A stretch of 63,438 bases of DNA, filler included, from Choristocarpus tenellus KU-1152 (GCA_964200185.2; 12 parts of 12 records of this genome joined end to end with filler, not necessarily neighbours in it), one strand, 5' to 3'; positions 25,753 through 40,328 are shown, counted from the first letter of the whole stretch. Made by a program: numbers and translations. Notes: generated by a model from the sequence alone, not told the origin.

Positions 25753-26626
25753 CATACTGTTTCTGCTTGGTACACTCTTTATGTTGCGAAACGGTCCAGG
25801 GGTGACATAGGGTTTCAATGTAGCTGGCATTACGGTCAGACTTCAAGACAGACCGAGTACCGTATGATGATGGGGTCCATGTAAGCCTTGCACTCCACCG
25901 GTGATACACCTTGTATCACCGTACCTGTCCACATAAACCCCTCAACATGTGTCAATGCTTGGTGGGAGCCCCTGCACTTTCCCACATACCAACCACTCTC
26001 TTCCCTCTCTTCCCCCCTCCCCCCACCCCACCGTCTATTTGGCCTGAAACTTGGAAGGCGTCAGCCAGCCACGGCAGTGGCGTTGGTGTGGGCGTAGCGT
26101 GATGGCCTTGGCACCGTGGTGGGTAGCCTCCTCTTTTCCTAGGCAGCTTCCAATCACATGGACAGACGCATCAAGGAGTGGCAACTCCTTGCCAACAAAA
26201 CTAATGGCGTTGGCCTCACCTTGGATCTCCTTCAAACAGTTCTTCTCCCCCCCCCCCTTTCTCTTCCACTTCCACTTCCCCTTCTCCTTCCCTGTCCCCT
26301 CCCCCTGCCCCGGCCAGAGTCGTTCAGGTAGACCATCAAAATTGTACCACAATCGGTCTGTACCGGAGAAATCATTCACCACAGGCCATTTAAAAGCACC
26401 AAGAAATGCCTACTACATTGCTGCACTAGAGCGGATGAGTTAAAAAAAAATTAAAATGGAATATACCTGGGAAATCCACTCTCCCCCAGATAGGGTCCTC
26501 TAGGCGGTGATGAACTAGCACCCTGTTCACACCAGGAGCCACCCCCTCAAGGTCCCTTCCGAGAACGTTCTCCACCTCTAAGTTCTGCCGCATCCCACTC
26601 TGCAAGGAACTTTCTCCTCGAGGTGC
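25545..26626 (-). CDS. Unidentified multi-exon gene (partial)
   Basis: Phase-compatible exons …VLVHHRLEDPIWGRVDFP|DRLWYNFDGLPERLWPG…, with further candidate exons near 25924-25860 and 25686-25546. No family recognised. Confidence 0.45.
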
Positions 26627-27049
26627 CTGAGGGAAAAAAGCCTGCGCAAGGTTCACAAAAAATGAATAAATTAATTTTAAAAAAATGGCAAGAACATATT
26701 GGCAGGTTGTTGTTTTTTACATGGGCGGGGGGGGGGGGTACAAAGAGGAAAGAATATATCAACGACCAAAAACACATTTTTTNNNNNNNNNNNNNNNNNN
26801 NNNNNNNNNNNNNNNNNNNNNNNNNNTTAATTAATTAANNNNNNNNNNNNNNNNNNNNNNNNNNNNNNNNNNNNNNNNNNNNCCCCCCCTGCAAAAAAAA
26901 AGGTAGTGCTTTGTTCTCACCCCTTCTCCTCCCTCACTACCTGAGAAGCAACCCTCAGCATCCATGGACACACACACACACACACACACAACAGCTGAGG
27001 AGAATGGATAAGCAAAAAGCATGCAATAAACATGCAATCAAAGCCTCAC

Positions 27050-27800
27050 CATGATAGATCACCACCACAACCAGACCCACTAGCATGATGGGAGCCCGTA
27101 ACCAAGAAATGTCTGAGCTCGGTGGGTTGTACGGCAACAGGGCCTTGTAGATTGTAATTTCCTGGGGCAGGGGCAGGGGCAGAGGCAGAGGCAAGAGAAG
27201 AAATAATGTCTTGATTGCCGTCACCATCATCGAGACAGAGATGAGGAGGTGTCCTGGTTTGTCATCTCACAGGACTATTTCTCTATACCCTAAATCGACA
27301 ATATTAACTCTGTGGACACCCGTGAGTTCCTTCCATATGGAACGGCACTCGGGGGCTGATGCCACTGTCACAGCAGAGAACCCAGATATACATATATATA
27401 TATATATATTTAGATTTAAACTCACAGTACAACAGAAGAAGTTGTGCTACCACTCACTTGAACGCTTCCACACGTGAGTCCAATTTGACACGCCTTCCTG
27501 GGTTATACAGGTACCGATCTACTTGCTAGGGGAGCCTTGTCGCTACGTAAGGTCTCACATGCCTTCCAGGTATGGTCCATCACAAAAAAAAAGGGGTTTT
27601 GTAAAAATCTCTTTACTGAGCATATTATCCGTCGTCACATGTTGCTGACCTGTCCCGAAAGGAACAGTACCGTGAAAGGTACATCTAAGACCGATCGATT
27701 CCTGTCTGCCTTACCTTTTTGTCTCTCTGTCTGTGCACTACCAGCACCGGCTCTAATCCTCGTGCGTCTGCTCTCGCGCGTTCCGACACTACACCTCTTC
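27050..27800 (-). CDS. Unidentified membrane protein exons
   Basis: Exon 27161-27050 (CAG…GTGAG) encodes EITIYKALLPYNPPSSDISWLRAPIMLVGLVVVVIYH, a TM helix. A candidate upstream exon ends at 27650. Confidence 0.5.
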
Positions 27801-30668
27801 TTAAAATATTGCTCAAGCATACATCAAAATAGTATTCAAAAAAACAAGACACTTGAGACGCAGGTTGGGCCTGCTCTAACCAGCTCTACCCTCAAGCCTG
27901 TTAGCAGCTCTCCTCCACGTTACTCATCTGCACTCAACATCTATCCCCTCATCAGCTCACGCCAAGGACACCGGCTCTATTAACCTCGCATGTGATTCGA
28001 CGAACCACGCACGCCTCCCAACCAATCCATCAGCTCTGTCTTACGCCAGGTCTAACCAGCTCTACACCATGCATGCATTAACTGCACCTCATATTCAGTT
28101 ACGTGCATCTGCTCACAGCCTAGCGTCTCTCGCACACCATCCTTCCGAGAACAATATTCCGCAGCCACTTTTCTACAGCCCTGTTGTAGCGTGTACTATT
28201 TACCACTCATCAACCACACGGTTAACAAAGCGGACACTATTTTGGTCCCACAGGTGCACACGCGGAATATACCCAAAACTTGCAAGGCGGTCACTTTCTG
28301 CAGATAGTCACAATAGAGACAGATAGTTGCACGAGAGCTGAGAAAGAACAGCAGGCCCTGCCTTCATTCACCTTGCCGGGGACAAGGTGCAAGACACCAA
28401 ACATCACAGAACAAAAAGACTATGCACCCCAGACTTACAGGGTCACTGCCATTGACGCTCTCCCTCCCTCCCTCTCTCTCTCACTCACTCATGAGCCGAG
28501 ACCATGCTGCTTGCACTCCATTTTTTTTTGGGGGGGGGGGACCTCTCACTTCGTCAACACAAAACGCCTCCTCCAAGCAGACGGGTCACACTCCTAGAGG
28601 GGGCCTGTTGATATCGTTGCGTGATGCATCGAACAATGTCCCTGAAGTGCAATGTACACGCGAGGTATAGACCAAGAGTAACATAACGCACGTATTCACT
28701 AACAAACCCGACCAAGGTACTCTCCCCTGTCCAGTTGCACAGCAGATCTTTCAAGCGTGAGCACTCAAGAACATCGTTTTTAACGCATGCAAATACTCTA
28801 CCAACACCCTTCAATGCTCTTCTCATCAGGAACATCCCCAAACAAACAAACAAACAGAACATGTTCCAGCTTCAATAAAGGGCAGTTGGCGAGGGGAGAT
28901 CACCTCTCCACCGCCATCATCGCCACGACCCGTCATATTCACATCCTCCTCTGACAAGTCCCCACCCTCCTCATCAGCCTCACATATAAAGCAGTACTTC
29001 CAATCCATACTACATCATAATAATGACCATCCTCTGATCGGAAGCCCTCCTGTCAACCATCCTTCCTGAGGTTCTGCATCAAGTCTTACAGCCAAATCCC
29101 TTAATCTCTTTTCTATAAACCATTGCAGACAGTCCAGTCCTGAACCTTGAGATGCTGTCACTCGAAGGCTATCAACCCGCCTTGACCTCAACACTATCAA
29201 ACGCCCCTCCCAAGTCATCCCTGCTGCAGTTTCTGTTACTTCCCTCCACCTGAACACTCACAACATTCACAACATTCACAACATTCACAACATTCACATT
29301 TCTCAACTTCTACCGGAGCTTGGAAAAATCACAAAACATTCAAATCGTATACACTGCAAGCTACACCATAATCCAACAACAGGCACAAAATTTCACCTCT
29401 CTAGACCAGGACTTGCCGCAACAGCTGTGTTAGCACCAGCAGTCACAATAACTGTGTTCTGCTCCCCTTCTCACCTTCCCATACAATAAATACACAGGAT
29501 ACCGTTGCCAGCTGCAATTGCACAAACCGGTAGCCTCCCATAGTCCACCCTTTGCCTTTTTCAGACATACAACTGTTTCAAGGTTAGCACGCTGTAGACA
29601 TGCCTGTGGACAACTCCTCCCCCTCCCCCTCCCCCTCCTCATTGCCAATGCCGTAGTTGTCACTTTTATCCTCTTATAGGTCCTAACTGTCAAAGTAACA
29701 CCTGATCATTTCGACGTACTTTTCCTACATCCACTGCAACGCATATTCCATGTACTGACTGTTGAAGCCTTGAATCGAATGAATCCTAGATTCAAAATAG
29801 TACTCTCTGTAGAGGCTTGAACCTTTAGTGCGAAGGGGTGACACAGTGCACTGAAGCACAGATGAGCAAGTGTCGAGTCTAGCTCTGAGTCAATGAATGT
29901 TGTCCACATACATAGTTTGTTACGTTGGAGAACATCTGCTATTTCCACAAATGAAACGTTCTATGTTTACACACACCACAATGGCAAGCCATACACACAT
30001 ACCACATACAGCGGTGCAGGTGTGATCTAGCTGCTTACACACTTGAGTGACCAGAACCAGTGGACCAATCAGCAGTCAGTACTAGTTGACGACCCTGTAC
30101 CGTATCGATCAGCAAAATAAAAGAGTATCCTATGTTTTAACACTGACTGTACACAACGGCAGTTACGACAGTTACACCCAGTGCAGAGTGATGGCACTGG
30201 CATGACAGGAGGAGTACAAATGTGATCTCTTGCTTGTGCATGCCATTGCCTCAATCAAGTACACGGAAAGGATTCAAAAGCATGGTAAAATGTGTTCACA
30301 ACCAGGGGCCCTTCCACCTTTGGATGACATGCCTGTCTATGTCAAAAGGCACGTCTGGTCAGAGAGTACCGAAAACCCAAGATAAACATGCCCCAAGTTC
30401 CAAATTGGCGCCCATGACTGTGCTTGTCTGATTTTACACTCCTTGGCAGGCGAGACAACTTGATATCTATCGCTTTAATCCTCAAGATTGGATAACTAAT
30501 ATGCAATGTACAATCAAGTCGCTATTGAAAACATCAACAAAGTGGTATGAATGGGCTATAAATAACAGCCGCAGACTCAGCATCATGAGTAATTGCCTTA
30601 GGACTATCGCAGGGCCATATACCCACAAGGGGAAAAAAAAACTAGCCACACCCACATAATAGTTATGA

Positions 30669-30843
30669 GTACATACTACTTGTAAGGTATACTATCTGTA
30701 ATACATACTGTTTGTAAGATATACTAATCAAAAAATACATACAATTTGTAAGATACATTACCTATAAATACATACTATCTGTAAGATATACTAACCGTAA
30801 TACATACTATTTGTAAGATATACTAACCCTAACCCTAACCCTA
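30669..30843. repeat. ~32-bp minisatellite (5 units) ending in a telomeric CCCTAA tract
   Basis: TACATACTATTTGTAAGATATACTAACC.. units followed by CTAACCCTAACCCT. Confidence 0.85.
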
Positions 30844-31355
30844 CATTACTTCAGAGAACAAAAAAAGTAAAATAAACCTCGAGTGTGAGAAACATAAACT
30901 CCAAAACACAGAGCGCAGACTCTTATCACCCCGTCCCAAACCTCCACACCATGAAATAACAAGAGCAAGTAACAACCCAACACCGGGGCAATCTCCACAA
31001 CCCAAAATACAAAAACACACCTAATCACCACATACCTCCGAGCACGCAGACCCTGTCGCCAAAACCACCTCCCCCCACGATGAAACCGCTAAAAAAGCCG
31101 GCTCCCCCCCCGCTCCTAATGCTGCATCACAAACAGGTGGAGTCGAACCAGCAGCAACCCCCTCCCCTTTCACAACTGCCGCCCCCCCCATCTCCCTCTC
31201 AAAGAGAAGACGCACCCCCCCTGCACCCCCCCGCCCCCCCCTGCCGCTGCCGCTGNNNNNNNNNNNNNNNNNNNNNNNNNNNNNNNNNNNNNNNNNNNNT
31301 TAATTAATTAANNNNNNNNNNNNNNNNNNNNNNNNNNNNNNNNNNNNNNNNNNNN

Positions 31356-31460
31356 AAGTGCATTTACATTATCCACCCGATGTATGCAACCAAATCACTC
31401 AATAATTGCTACATGAAAAAATTGACCCCAACTGGACAGCCGCCACCTCCCCCCCCTTCA
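31356..31460 (+). mobile_element. Partial MITE family C copy at contig start
   Basis: ATTTACATT…GTATGCAACCAAATCAC.CAA.AATTGC.ACATGAAAAA.TTGACCCCAA.TGGACAGCCGCCACCTC is shared with 31890-31978. Confidence 0.8.
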
Positions 31461-31822
31461 TGTAATCACCCAAGTGACACAAGTGTGCCTTGTGTTCATC
31501 TTATCACCTTTCTGACATGTGGCCCCTGTGTGTATGTTTTCGTGCATCAATGTTATGGCAAAATACCCTACTTCTTAACACCTGCATGAGGGAAAGAAGT
31601 GGTATCACCCCCGAGTTGGTGCAGGTCCTGAGGGTTGTAAGGGATTCTCCAACAGCCCCGTCCAGGTGCAATAATTGCTAAACCACCTTGACTCTTTTTT
31701 TAGGAACCCCTGCTTGTGCGTTTGATAGCATATGCCCAAAAGCACAGGATTATGTTGTGGAGAATAATACCCTCTCAATACCCTTCCTTTCAGTGCCCCT
31801 AGTCTCATTATTGTATTGAAAA

Positions 31823-31991
31823 GACCCAAAGTACCTGGGGGGGGGGGTCTACACCAGGGTGTCCAATTGGGGAAAAATCTGGAAAGGTGTATTTACATTG
31901 TACATCGGACGTATGCAACCAAATCACCCAAAAATTGCGACATGAAAAACTTGACCCCAAATGGACAGCCGCCACCTCGATACTTTGAGCC
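31823..31991 (+). mobile_element. ~170-bp MITE, family C (Sola2-like termini)
   Basis: GACCCAAAGTACCT…CGATACTTTGAGCC, flanked by AAAA / AAAC. Confidence 0.75.
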
Positions 31992-31994
31992 AAA

Positions 31995-34263
31995 CTGATA
32001 TACAACTGTACGGGTGCAATCCAATGTTTGCCCAGATCATGGGTTTCACGGGTAAGGTGGCAGAGGTGAAGTGTGGTACATGCTTCAACCCGGTACTTAC
32101 AGAGGAGGTGGGTGTGGAACAGGTATATTATATAGTAATGCTCTGGGTATGTGCACATTTGCTACTCAAATGTGCATACTGCTTCATGCTATGTCTTCCA
32201 GATGGAAGTGTGCCCTTAGCAAAAGTATGTGGAGTCTGGAGGTTTTGAAAGTTCAGGGGGAGATGACCTGAAACTGCAGGATCTTTGCACAATGCATGGT
32301 GTACTTTGCCAATGTGTCACAAGTGGTATAATTTGCTTTGCTGCACAGTGGTAGTGGAATATGCTTTGTAGTGTTTGGCCAATGAGAAATCTCTCTACAA
32401 GCGAGTTCTGAGAAGTCGGTTCTGAGTAGATGGTATACTGATAAACCCTGGTTCATCTTCTTCATCCATAAGCATGACTCTTTTCCACAGTAGTCCTGAA
32501 AAATGTGTTTTTGTGGTCAGGGAGAGAGAGGTTAGGTATAGTGAGGGCTGATGACATCCTAACAATCACTAACCAACAGTGATAGAGAGGTGAGTGCCTT
32601 CTTATAGCTCATCCCTTTTCCCTATAACTCCTCGAACACGCCATCCACTGACTCTGTTCCTTCGACCAGTACCTTAGCCACGAATGACAAGATGTCAAGT
32701 AAGTCATCGAAGCATTCATCACATTATCTAAAGCTGTGACAAAGAGGAAGGCTGAACCAGGAGGCTGGAATATTTATGGCTCTCAATTTTGGTCGGTCCA
32801 CTTGTTGGCGCCTCCAATTTGCATGCCCTCCCGGTGTGATGCATTTCATGTGAGAGTCACATTTCTATCCACTGCAAGGTCTCTTTTCTGTATCAGCAGT
32901 CTCTCCATACTCCATTTCCCCTGCCCAGCTCACCTGGTGCCCCTTTCAATGCCCTCAACTCATACAACCCCATCAGGGCGAATTGTACAGCTTGAGGGAG
33001 CAGGGAGATCTTAGGCGGAGTGTGTGTGCCTTAAAGGGTGATATGACCTATGACTTGGAGGGAATCCTGAGGGATCACCTCACGCCAGGGCTCATGTTCA
33101 GGGATAGGGTTGACAGGGTGGAAGAGAAGGTGGATAATGTCAAAGTGAGTCTCTCATGAAAATATACTTGTGGTTAAAGTAAGGGATATGTCTCCCACAT
33201 TTCATCTAATCTTCCTCGTTCGATTACTCCAAGACTGAATTTGTGCTGAAGAGTAGACCCATCATCTCGACATAGTACCTCCAAACAAGCATGTGACACA
33301 ACATTTCTATCAACGACTCTTTGTGGTTAAAATTTTGTATATCTAAACTGTTCAGGCTGATCTCTTGGATTATTGGAAAAAACAAGCATAACGTCTTGCT
33401 TGGAATAAGACAAAACTCACAGTCACGAGGGGAGACTCTGTGCGAGCTGGTGATCTTGAACTATGAGTGATGTTCCACATACCAGATAATTGTTTGTACT
33501 TCTTGGAGTTGATCCTGCTAGTAGTTAATGGATTTGGGGCCCAATTGTCAATTTTCATGGGTGCTCCTGCCAGCTTGCCCAAAAACGTACATAACCTGCA
33601 CCCAGCCCCTACACAGGATTTCACAGGTGTGTACCAGTATGTGTGTGCGCATGTTTTTGATCACCATGGTCCATCAACAAAGCAGATTTGTTAGACCAAA
33701 GAGGCATACGATACTGATATATGACTCACCAGCAAAGCTCCCATCTATTGCCAACAGTATCGGTCTTGAATGAATGTAGCCAGTCTCCAATACCAATCTC
33801 ATTTTGCTGATGCTGCGGTCCTCATTTGTCCCTGTTTGTCGATTGCTTGTAGGCCATTGGTTGGCGGTGACTACCATGCACTCGTGGCAACAAAAGGCAA
33901 TATCAAATGCCTTGCCCTGGTCATGAACATGCACGGGCAGCTGGGACTCGGCAATTACCACTCCCGAGACAGGCTCACGCATGTGACTGGGCTGCAGGTG
34001 AGCCTGGACAATGGATGACACATGAAGAGACCTATCATGCCCATCGTTGGGGGGATGGTACATAGTATTTCGAGGTGTGTTTCATCCAGAACCCTGAGTG
34101 GTACCGCCAAGGTTATATCAAGGTGGAGAAAGGGGGCTAGTTCAATTGTAGTATGTAGAACTCTGGCGCAATAATTTTTTATGGTAGGCAGAGTTTTTGA
34201 TTTCTGGTGTAGGAGAGGAGAAGAGATGTGGGCTATTTTGGAAACGGACAAGACAATGGTCAT
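31995..34263 (-). mobile_element. Degenerate Ty3/gypsy LTR retrotransposon remnant
   Basis: On the minus strand a protease-like ILLAIDGSFAGESYIS (~33750) precedes RT-like debris and then an integrase Zn-finger-like GHTSIWKT (~32200), which is gypsy domain order. Many stops. Confidence 0.5.
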
Positions 34264-36958
34264 GGTAAGTAGGCTGTATGTTTCATGGCATTTTTACAAT
34301 CTGTAAGTTTTTCACATTTGCTTGTCATTTCTTGTTATTATGGGCTCAAATCACAATAATGCTCAACGCAACATTCTTGCCTGTTATTTGATGATGTAGA
34401 GCATTTTAACTGAGTTTCTTGGTTATACATATGTACTTTACAGTCTCATACGAGCAATTTATCTCAATTTCTTCGCATATGTGGCACACTTTGTAGCCTC
34501 ACACGACCAATCTACCTACAGTGTTGATGAACATGCATGCGGCAAGGGTCACATGAGGAGGAAATTCCATTGAGATAGTCTTGGTGAAGGAGTAGGCCAT
34601 ACTCTCAACATTTGTTGCAATACTAACTACAGAAGTTCCCACCTTCTAGTGTTGAATCTACATCTCTTTGCTATCAGTATCACAGAGACATGGCTATTGA
34701 TGCCTCTGATAGGCCTTCCTTGCGAGTATTCCACAGTACGTCCGCTCCACCTACTGTCCTCCTTCTTATTGTGGAAAATTGCAGGGTGTCAACCCCGTGG
34801 AATCGGCAGGTGGTATGCACCACTCTTATACTGTGTTGGGACAGAACTATGTACTCCTTTGTGAGAGAGGATTATGGTCAGCTCAGGGTAACTGAATCTA
34901 TCCTAGAAGAGGACTGGGGGGGAAGCATCTCTCACCCTACTAAGGTACATCCTCCCTCTAATGTCATCCCTTCATCAAAGCAAATCTTAAACTGCAACAA
35001 GTCTCTTAAAATTGTGTGTGCTAAGTGTTGGTACGTGCTTACCTCTTAACCTTCTTGGGATGAAACTAGACGCTCCTGTGGGTGAGGGGAAGGGAGAGTG
35101 CTGCTTTGTCTGTGTCTCATGCTCTATGCATGCCCATTGCACCTACTTATCCTTGTACGTCTGCTTACCCCATTGATTGTTTACTCTCAAAGTATACATA
35201 TAAAACTCCAAGGCGTATCCAAGATCGAGTGTGGCTCCAACCACTGCTTGGCAGTAACATATCAGCAGGAGCTTTATACGTGAGCTCTTGGTAGAGACTA
35301 ATGGGTAGTCCGTATATCCAATGCATGCACTCAATGGTGAGGGTATGGTGGGTCTAGCAGCGAGTGCTATGATAGCACTGACTTTCTTACCTCTGGGAGT
35401 AGGCAAGGTAGGGTTGGGGCAAGTGAGAAAGTTGGTATGAAAGGAAAGGAAGAAGGTAGCAGTGTGGGTGTACAGAAGAGCTATTTATACACAAGTCGGT
35501 TGTCTTAGTCCTTATACTGGACTGGACAAATTCGCCACCAACGTGAGGGTCACGGGTTTCTACTAATAATAAAAGGCTGGTTATGTGTCCCAAAATGGAC
35601 AAGAAATAGTTGTTAAATTGTTGTGCACTGCACTCACATATCAGATATTTTGAAGTGGATGGAAGACAATAAGCAGGACTTAGGGATGGAGGAAGCATTG
35701 CTTGTCATGTACAGGCATATATCTGCTGGTCTGCTGCGACTTCACTAGTACATATATATGGCGTAGCACAAAATAGTATGTTGAGTGAAGTTAGGGTTAG
35801 GGTTAGGGTTAGAAGGAGCCTTCTAAGAAAAAAACAAGGGAACACCCACAGCTTAATGATTTCTCCACATATATCCCTGCTTTCGATATATGTGATGTGT
35901 AGGTAGGGCTATGGGGATATGGGCGCACTTGGGCTGATGGTGAAGAAGGGTCACAGCATCCCTACCAAGGTCAACTTGACAGAGGTGTGTTTATGCGTTC
36001 TTGTCCGTTTGAGTTTGCTCTGTTGTGCCTTGCCCTTTGTTGAATATACATATTTACAACGGTGATCCAGAACTGCCTTTCCTTGGGGATGAACAGATAC
36101 CAAGCCAACCAGTAGTGTATTACTTAAGTAGCAAGCTCTATGATGTCCTTCTGTGACAATACTGTAGTTGTGTGTGTTATGTGTCAGTTCTTTATAGTAC
36201 CTACCTGTAGTTTGATATCTGCCAAGGAACATTAGGAGTGATACATCATCACATAGAATGTAGAGCTACTGTATGTCCTTACTCTATATTTCTCGTACTT
36301 CAAATTATGCTTGAGGTTCGTGTGGGCACACTCCAGACAGTGTCGCTATGCCTGTATGTGAATATTCGATTTACGAATGCGCACCATATTGAATATTTGC
36401 TTCTCTGTGTAGTAATTCATGTATCAATAAGTAGAAGGTATATGTATGCACGTTCTCCTCTATTCTGGCATATATTGTGACACGGGCTTGGTCTTGAAAG
36501 AATCTGTTTTGAGACGTGTGCATTATGGATGTACTAGTATATATTTATGTACTACTTTTAGTAGCTGCAGTGTTAAGATTCTGATGAAGAAATCTATGTA
36601 TCAGAATATGGACAAGATAGTCCGCTTGAACAACTGGGGTAGTGAAGCGGTGGATCTTGGATTACGTCTTGTATTGGTACCCTGATGCATGTAATGAGTC
36701 TCCGATCTATGATAGAACAGTAATCTAGGTATGAGAATGTGTATGAAAAAGGATGTATACCACAAAGAATACCCAAGTAAGTTGCATTTCGGTCATTGTT
36801 TCAGTGCAAGTGTTCCCCACTCCCTTACCCTATATCCTCCAACCTCACACTCAAATCACAGGTTTCCTTGTTGTTCAGGTCGGGTTTGCATCCAATTTTC
36901 CGTCCTGTACAAATACTTGGAGTGTTTTAGGAATTTTCGGTTGCTGCTGTAAGAAGTA

Positions 36959-36996
36959 CTAGGTGCAGTTTATTTCAACCGAGTGCGGTTGAAATA
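36959..36996 (-). mobile_element. Probable Helitron 3' terminus
   Basis: Perfect 11-bp-stem hairpin TATTTCAACCG-AGTG-CGGTTGAAATA (36971-36996). On the minus strand it is followed 8 nt later by CTAG and then T. Confidence 0.5.
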
Positions 36997-39077
36997 GGGA
37001 CGGAGCGGGGTCATCTTTGGGCCTTGTCTCATGTCAAAGTTAAGCATGCCTGTGGATCCTACCTGCAAAAAAATATGGGAGACGTACATTAAAACAAATA
37101 TGGGAGACGTACAGGAAAATACGGCCTTCCTCGAAAGTGATACAAGCACCTTGGTCGCAATCGTTGGGTCCTAGGATGGTAAATAGTTTGTGTGGTTGCA
37201 TCACATGTCATACCCCGTGTTTGTGTCACGTACTGTGTGTGATATAGTCCAGTTTCCTTAAGGATATCTTGAGGAGATGTGAAATGCAAGATGCGAAATC
37301 GAGATACTACTGATGATGTAGTTTGAGAAAGAGTAACCCCCTCAATAGATATAGTATCCTATTCAATTCCGTAGACTTGGTCATTAAGTACAATTCAAAA
37401 TGATATGGGATTCTAAATTGCACAGGCTAGTCGGGGACACCAGTTTCCTAATTTTTAGGGTAACTAGTAGAGTACAAAGCAACAGTAGTGATTACTTCGG
37501 TTGATGAGTCTGTACACAACGTATCTTCATCTGAAGTATCTCATTACAAGGATTTTGTAGACGAATTCAGGAGCACAGAAGAAAGCATTGCAAACTGCAA
37601 TTACGTATTCCCTTAGCTACTCCTTGAACAAAGGACCACTTCTCAACCCGACCCTTCCCCACCTGTCATGTGCCATGCATGTTGGTGCACTTGACTCCAG
37701 GTGATTGATGCGGATGGCGGATGGCGGATGCCAGCATTCTGTCATCCTATGCAGAGTCGACCAGTTGCCAATGCGAATGTACGAATTTTGGTGGCCATTG
37801 GCAGACAGAAATGTCGGTTCTTGTTGTGTTAGCACCCTTGGACCAATGTCGTTGAGATCCGTGGATAGATGTCTGTTGTGTGTGGTCGTTGATGATCCGG
37901 TTGTAGTCAGGGAGGAGAGGTGTGCAGGGGTTCAAGGTTTCTTAAGTGGGGACATCTCATACCTCAAGTCGATATCACGTACCTAATCTGGATATGCACC
38001 TTTGTCTGTTCACCAATGCAATATCTGTGTAAGACATGCAATTCTACAATAGATTGCATGCTACTACTGCCCGTGCACTTCACTCTTGCTCTGGTATACA
38101 TCAATTTGTGCCAACAAAGTAGAAACTAGTCAAACCTTTCTTAGATTAGCAAAATGGGCATTGTGCATGCACATTAGCAGTCTAAGTCCTACTCTACTAT
38201 TCATGTCAGCATATTTTACTAATAGAACGTGAGCAAGATTGGTGCTTAATTAAAGTTACACTGTATATGAAATGCATATTATTGCTAAATTCCTTCGATG
38301 TTGCTCACAATTTCACCAGCCTTTTCCCTGCGTCTTGTTGAACTTGATCCAAATGTGCAGTCTAAATCATTCTGCAAATAGTTCACCAGATTAAAAGGGT
38401 GAGGGTCAAGCCCTTGTGCCCCAGAAAATAATTGTTCCCAAGTAAACATTGTACTGCTGTCTTGTCTAGTCGAATCAAAAGGCTTGTAATATATAAATGC
38501 GTATAATTCATTTGTTGTTCGCAGTGTTTTTTCACAAACGAAGGAGTTGCACAATTGATCCAACACAAAACTCAAACATAATATATTGGTCAAGTCCTCA
38601 CCAAGTAAGCAAGAGTTTTCTTTCCCATACATAACATTTCAACCTGTATTGTTTTTCGTATTTTCTTCACTCACAGACGGGTGAGGTTCAGTTGTCTGGA
38701 AGGAAATCAGTGTCCAAGCAGTCATATCGGAACCTTTCCACGTATTTCTACTCAATAGTCACTTGTAGGCTTCAACCCCTCTACCTAGCCTCTTTTGACC
38801 ACCTTGACCTACCTTCAGCCCCAATGTGTCCATGGTTCAGAGTGGTGTTGCTTTTGTTAGTAACACTTCCTGGCATCATCTCTTGAGTGGATTATAGCTA
38901 GCTACAATATCGTCAGAACAACAATCACAATACACCTCTACCTACATACAAACATGGACAGCAACATTGAACTCTCGCTATTCATTTGAGGCTTACTTAC
39001 ACAGATTGCCGATAGGAATGGGTAACATCTACACCATTCATCAGGAAGAGGCACCCAATCAAACAGCCTCGTCTTGT

Positions 39078-39307
39078 GAGTGAAAGTATCTTAGAGGGCA
39101 CGTGTTTTGTCCTGTTTTGTCCGTTTGGGGCTTGACTTTTCATGGGTTTTTTTAATGACAATTTACCTATGTGTGTGTTATGAAAAGGTGTGAACAAGGA
39201 TATTGACACCTCCTAACAAACACGATAGCCAAATTCACATCAAAGTCGCAACATTGGATTTTGTTCCCCAAACGGACGCGGCTCTACCCTCTAAGATACT
39301 TTGACAC
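39078..39307 (-). mobile_element. MITE family A copy
   Basis: GAGTGAAAGTATCTTAGAGGG … CCCTCTAAGATACTTTGACAC, with flanks TTGT/TTTT. Confidence 0.9.
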
Positions 39308-40328
39308 TTTTGCTGTGAGAACCTCCTCCCGCTATTTCAACAAGCGAAGAACTCTCCCTCCCTCCCATATTTTAAGAAAGAGCGGTGAATATTGGTGGCT
39401 GTAACCCCTCCAACAGAGATCCCTTTTCTGGACCATGCTACTACTGCACATCACAGACAACAACAATTCATAGTCAGCTAGGGGACTACTGCCAACAAGC
39501 ACCTCCATATCATCTAAAACGTCGTACATCCTACCTATAATATGTCATGTATGGAGGAACTTGCTTGGTCACAATCTTGTGACTTCTTGGGATGGGATGG
39601 AGATTGAGTGCTGTTGTTGCCTTCATGTGTTGCTCGAGTATGTCCTTCCATCTTTTGGAAAGAGACTTGTTCCCCTCTGGAATATTTGCATTACTTCTAA
39701 TGAACGTGGAGGCTGATTATTATTTTCATAGTAGTGTACTCTTGCTCACTGACCATCCCAATCCGTGGTCAGAGGCACTACATACTACTGCACTACTAAT
39801 CAAACTAAGTACTGCAATATCCAACTGTTATACTACAAATAGTTGTTCTGCCTCCATTCGTGCTTCTCGCATGTTGAGTTCAGCCATCCCATCACTTGTC
39901 CCTCCACCTCCCTCGAATCTATTCCAGGCCCTGCCTCAATGTCATTCAGTAGTAGTGAAGCCTCTCCACTTCGTTTAGTTCCAGTTTTTTGGTGGCGTAC
40001 TGACTAATAGGGTAGTTGAGGTGTTTGCATGATCGAAAGCAGAATTCAATGAAGAGAAGGGGTGGCGTCGATAGGTTCCAATCAAGAATATATGTAAGAA
40101 ATAGGAATTTGTTACTAATGTAATGGGAGATTTTCGAAGTATGTTGAGAGGAAATAAAGCTTAGCGCGCAGTTAACAATATCTCGCGCCTTCGCGCCCAT
40201 CAATTGAACTCCCGAAATCGATGAAAATTTCAACAATTTCTTTGATGTGGTTTAAGGGAACAAAGCGTCCGACCTCCACGGCAGAAGCCACGAGCGAACT
40301 TGACTGTCAGGTAGATCTTCACGGATTA

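Noticed and set aside
28826-29257. In-frame TGA joining two ORFs (…WSLL*CSMDW…) as selenocysteine readthrough
   Set aside because: Good splice donors precede the TGA, alternative frames are equally plausible, and no SECIS or selenoprotein motif was recognised.
37970-39075. Small minus-strand multi-exon gene upstream of the PSMD5-like gene
   Set aside because: Candidate exons exist but frames are ambiguous and the product is unrecognisable.
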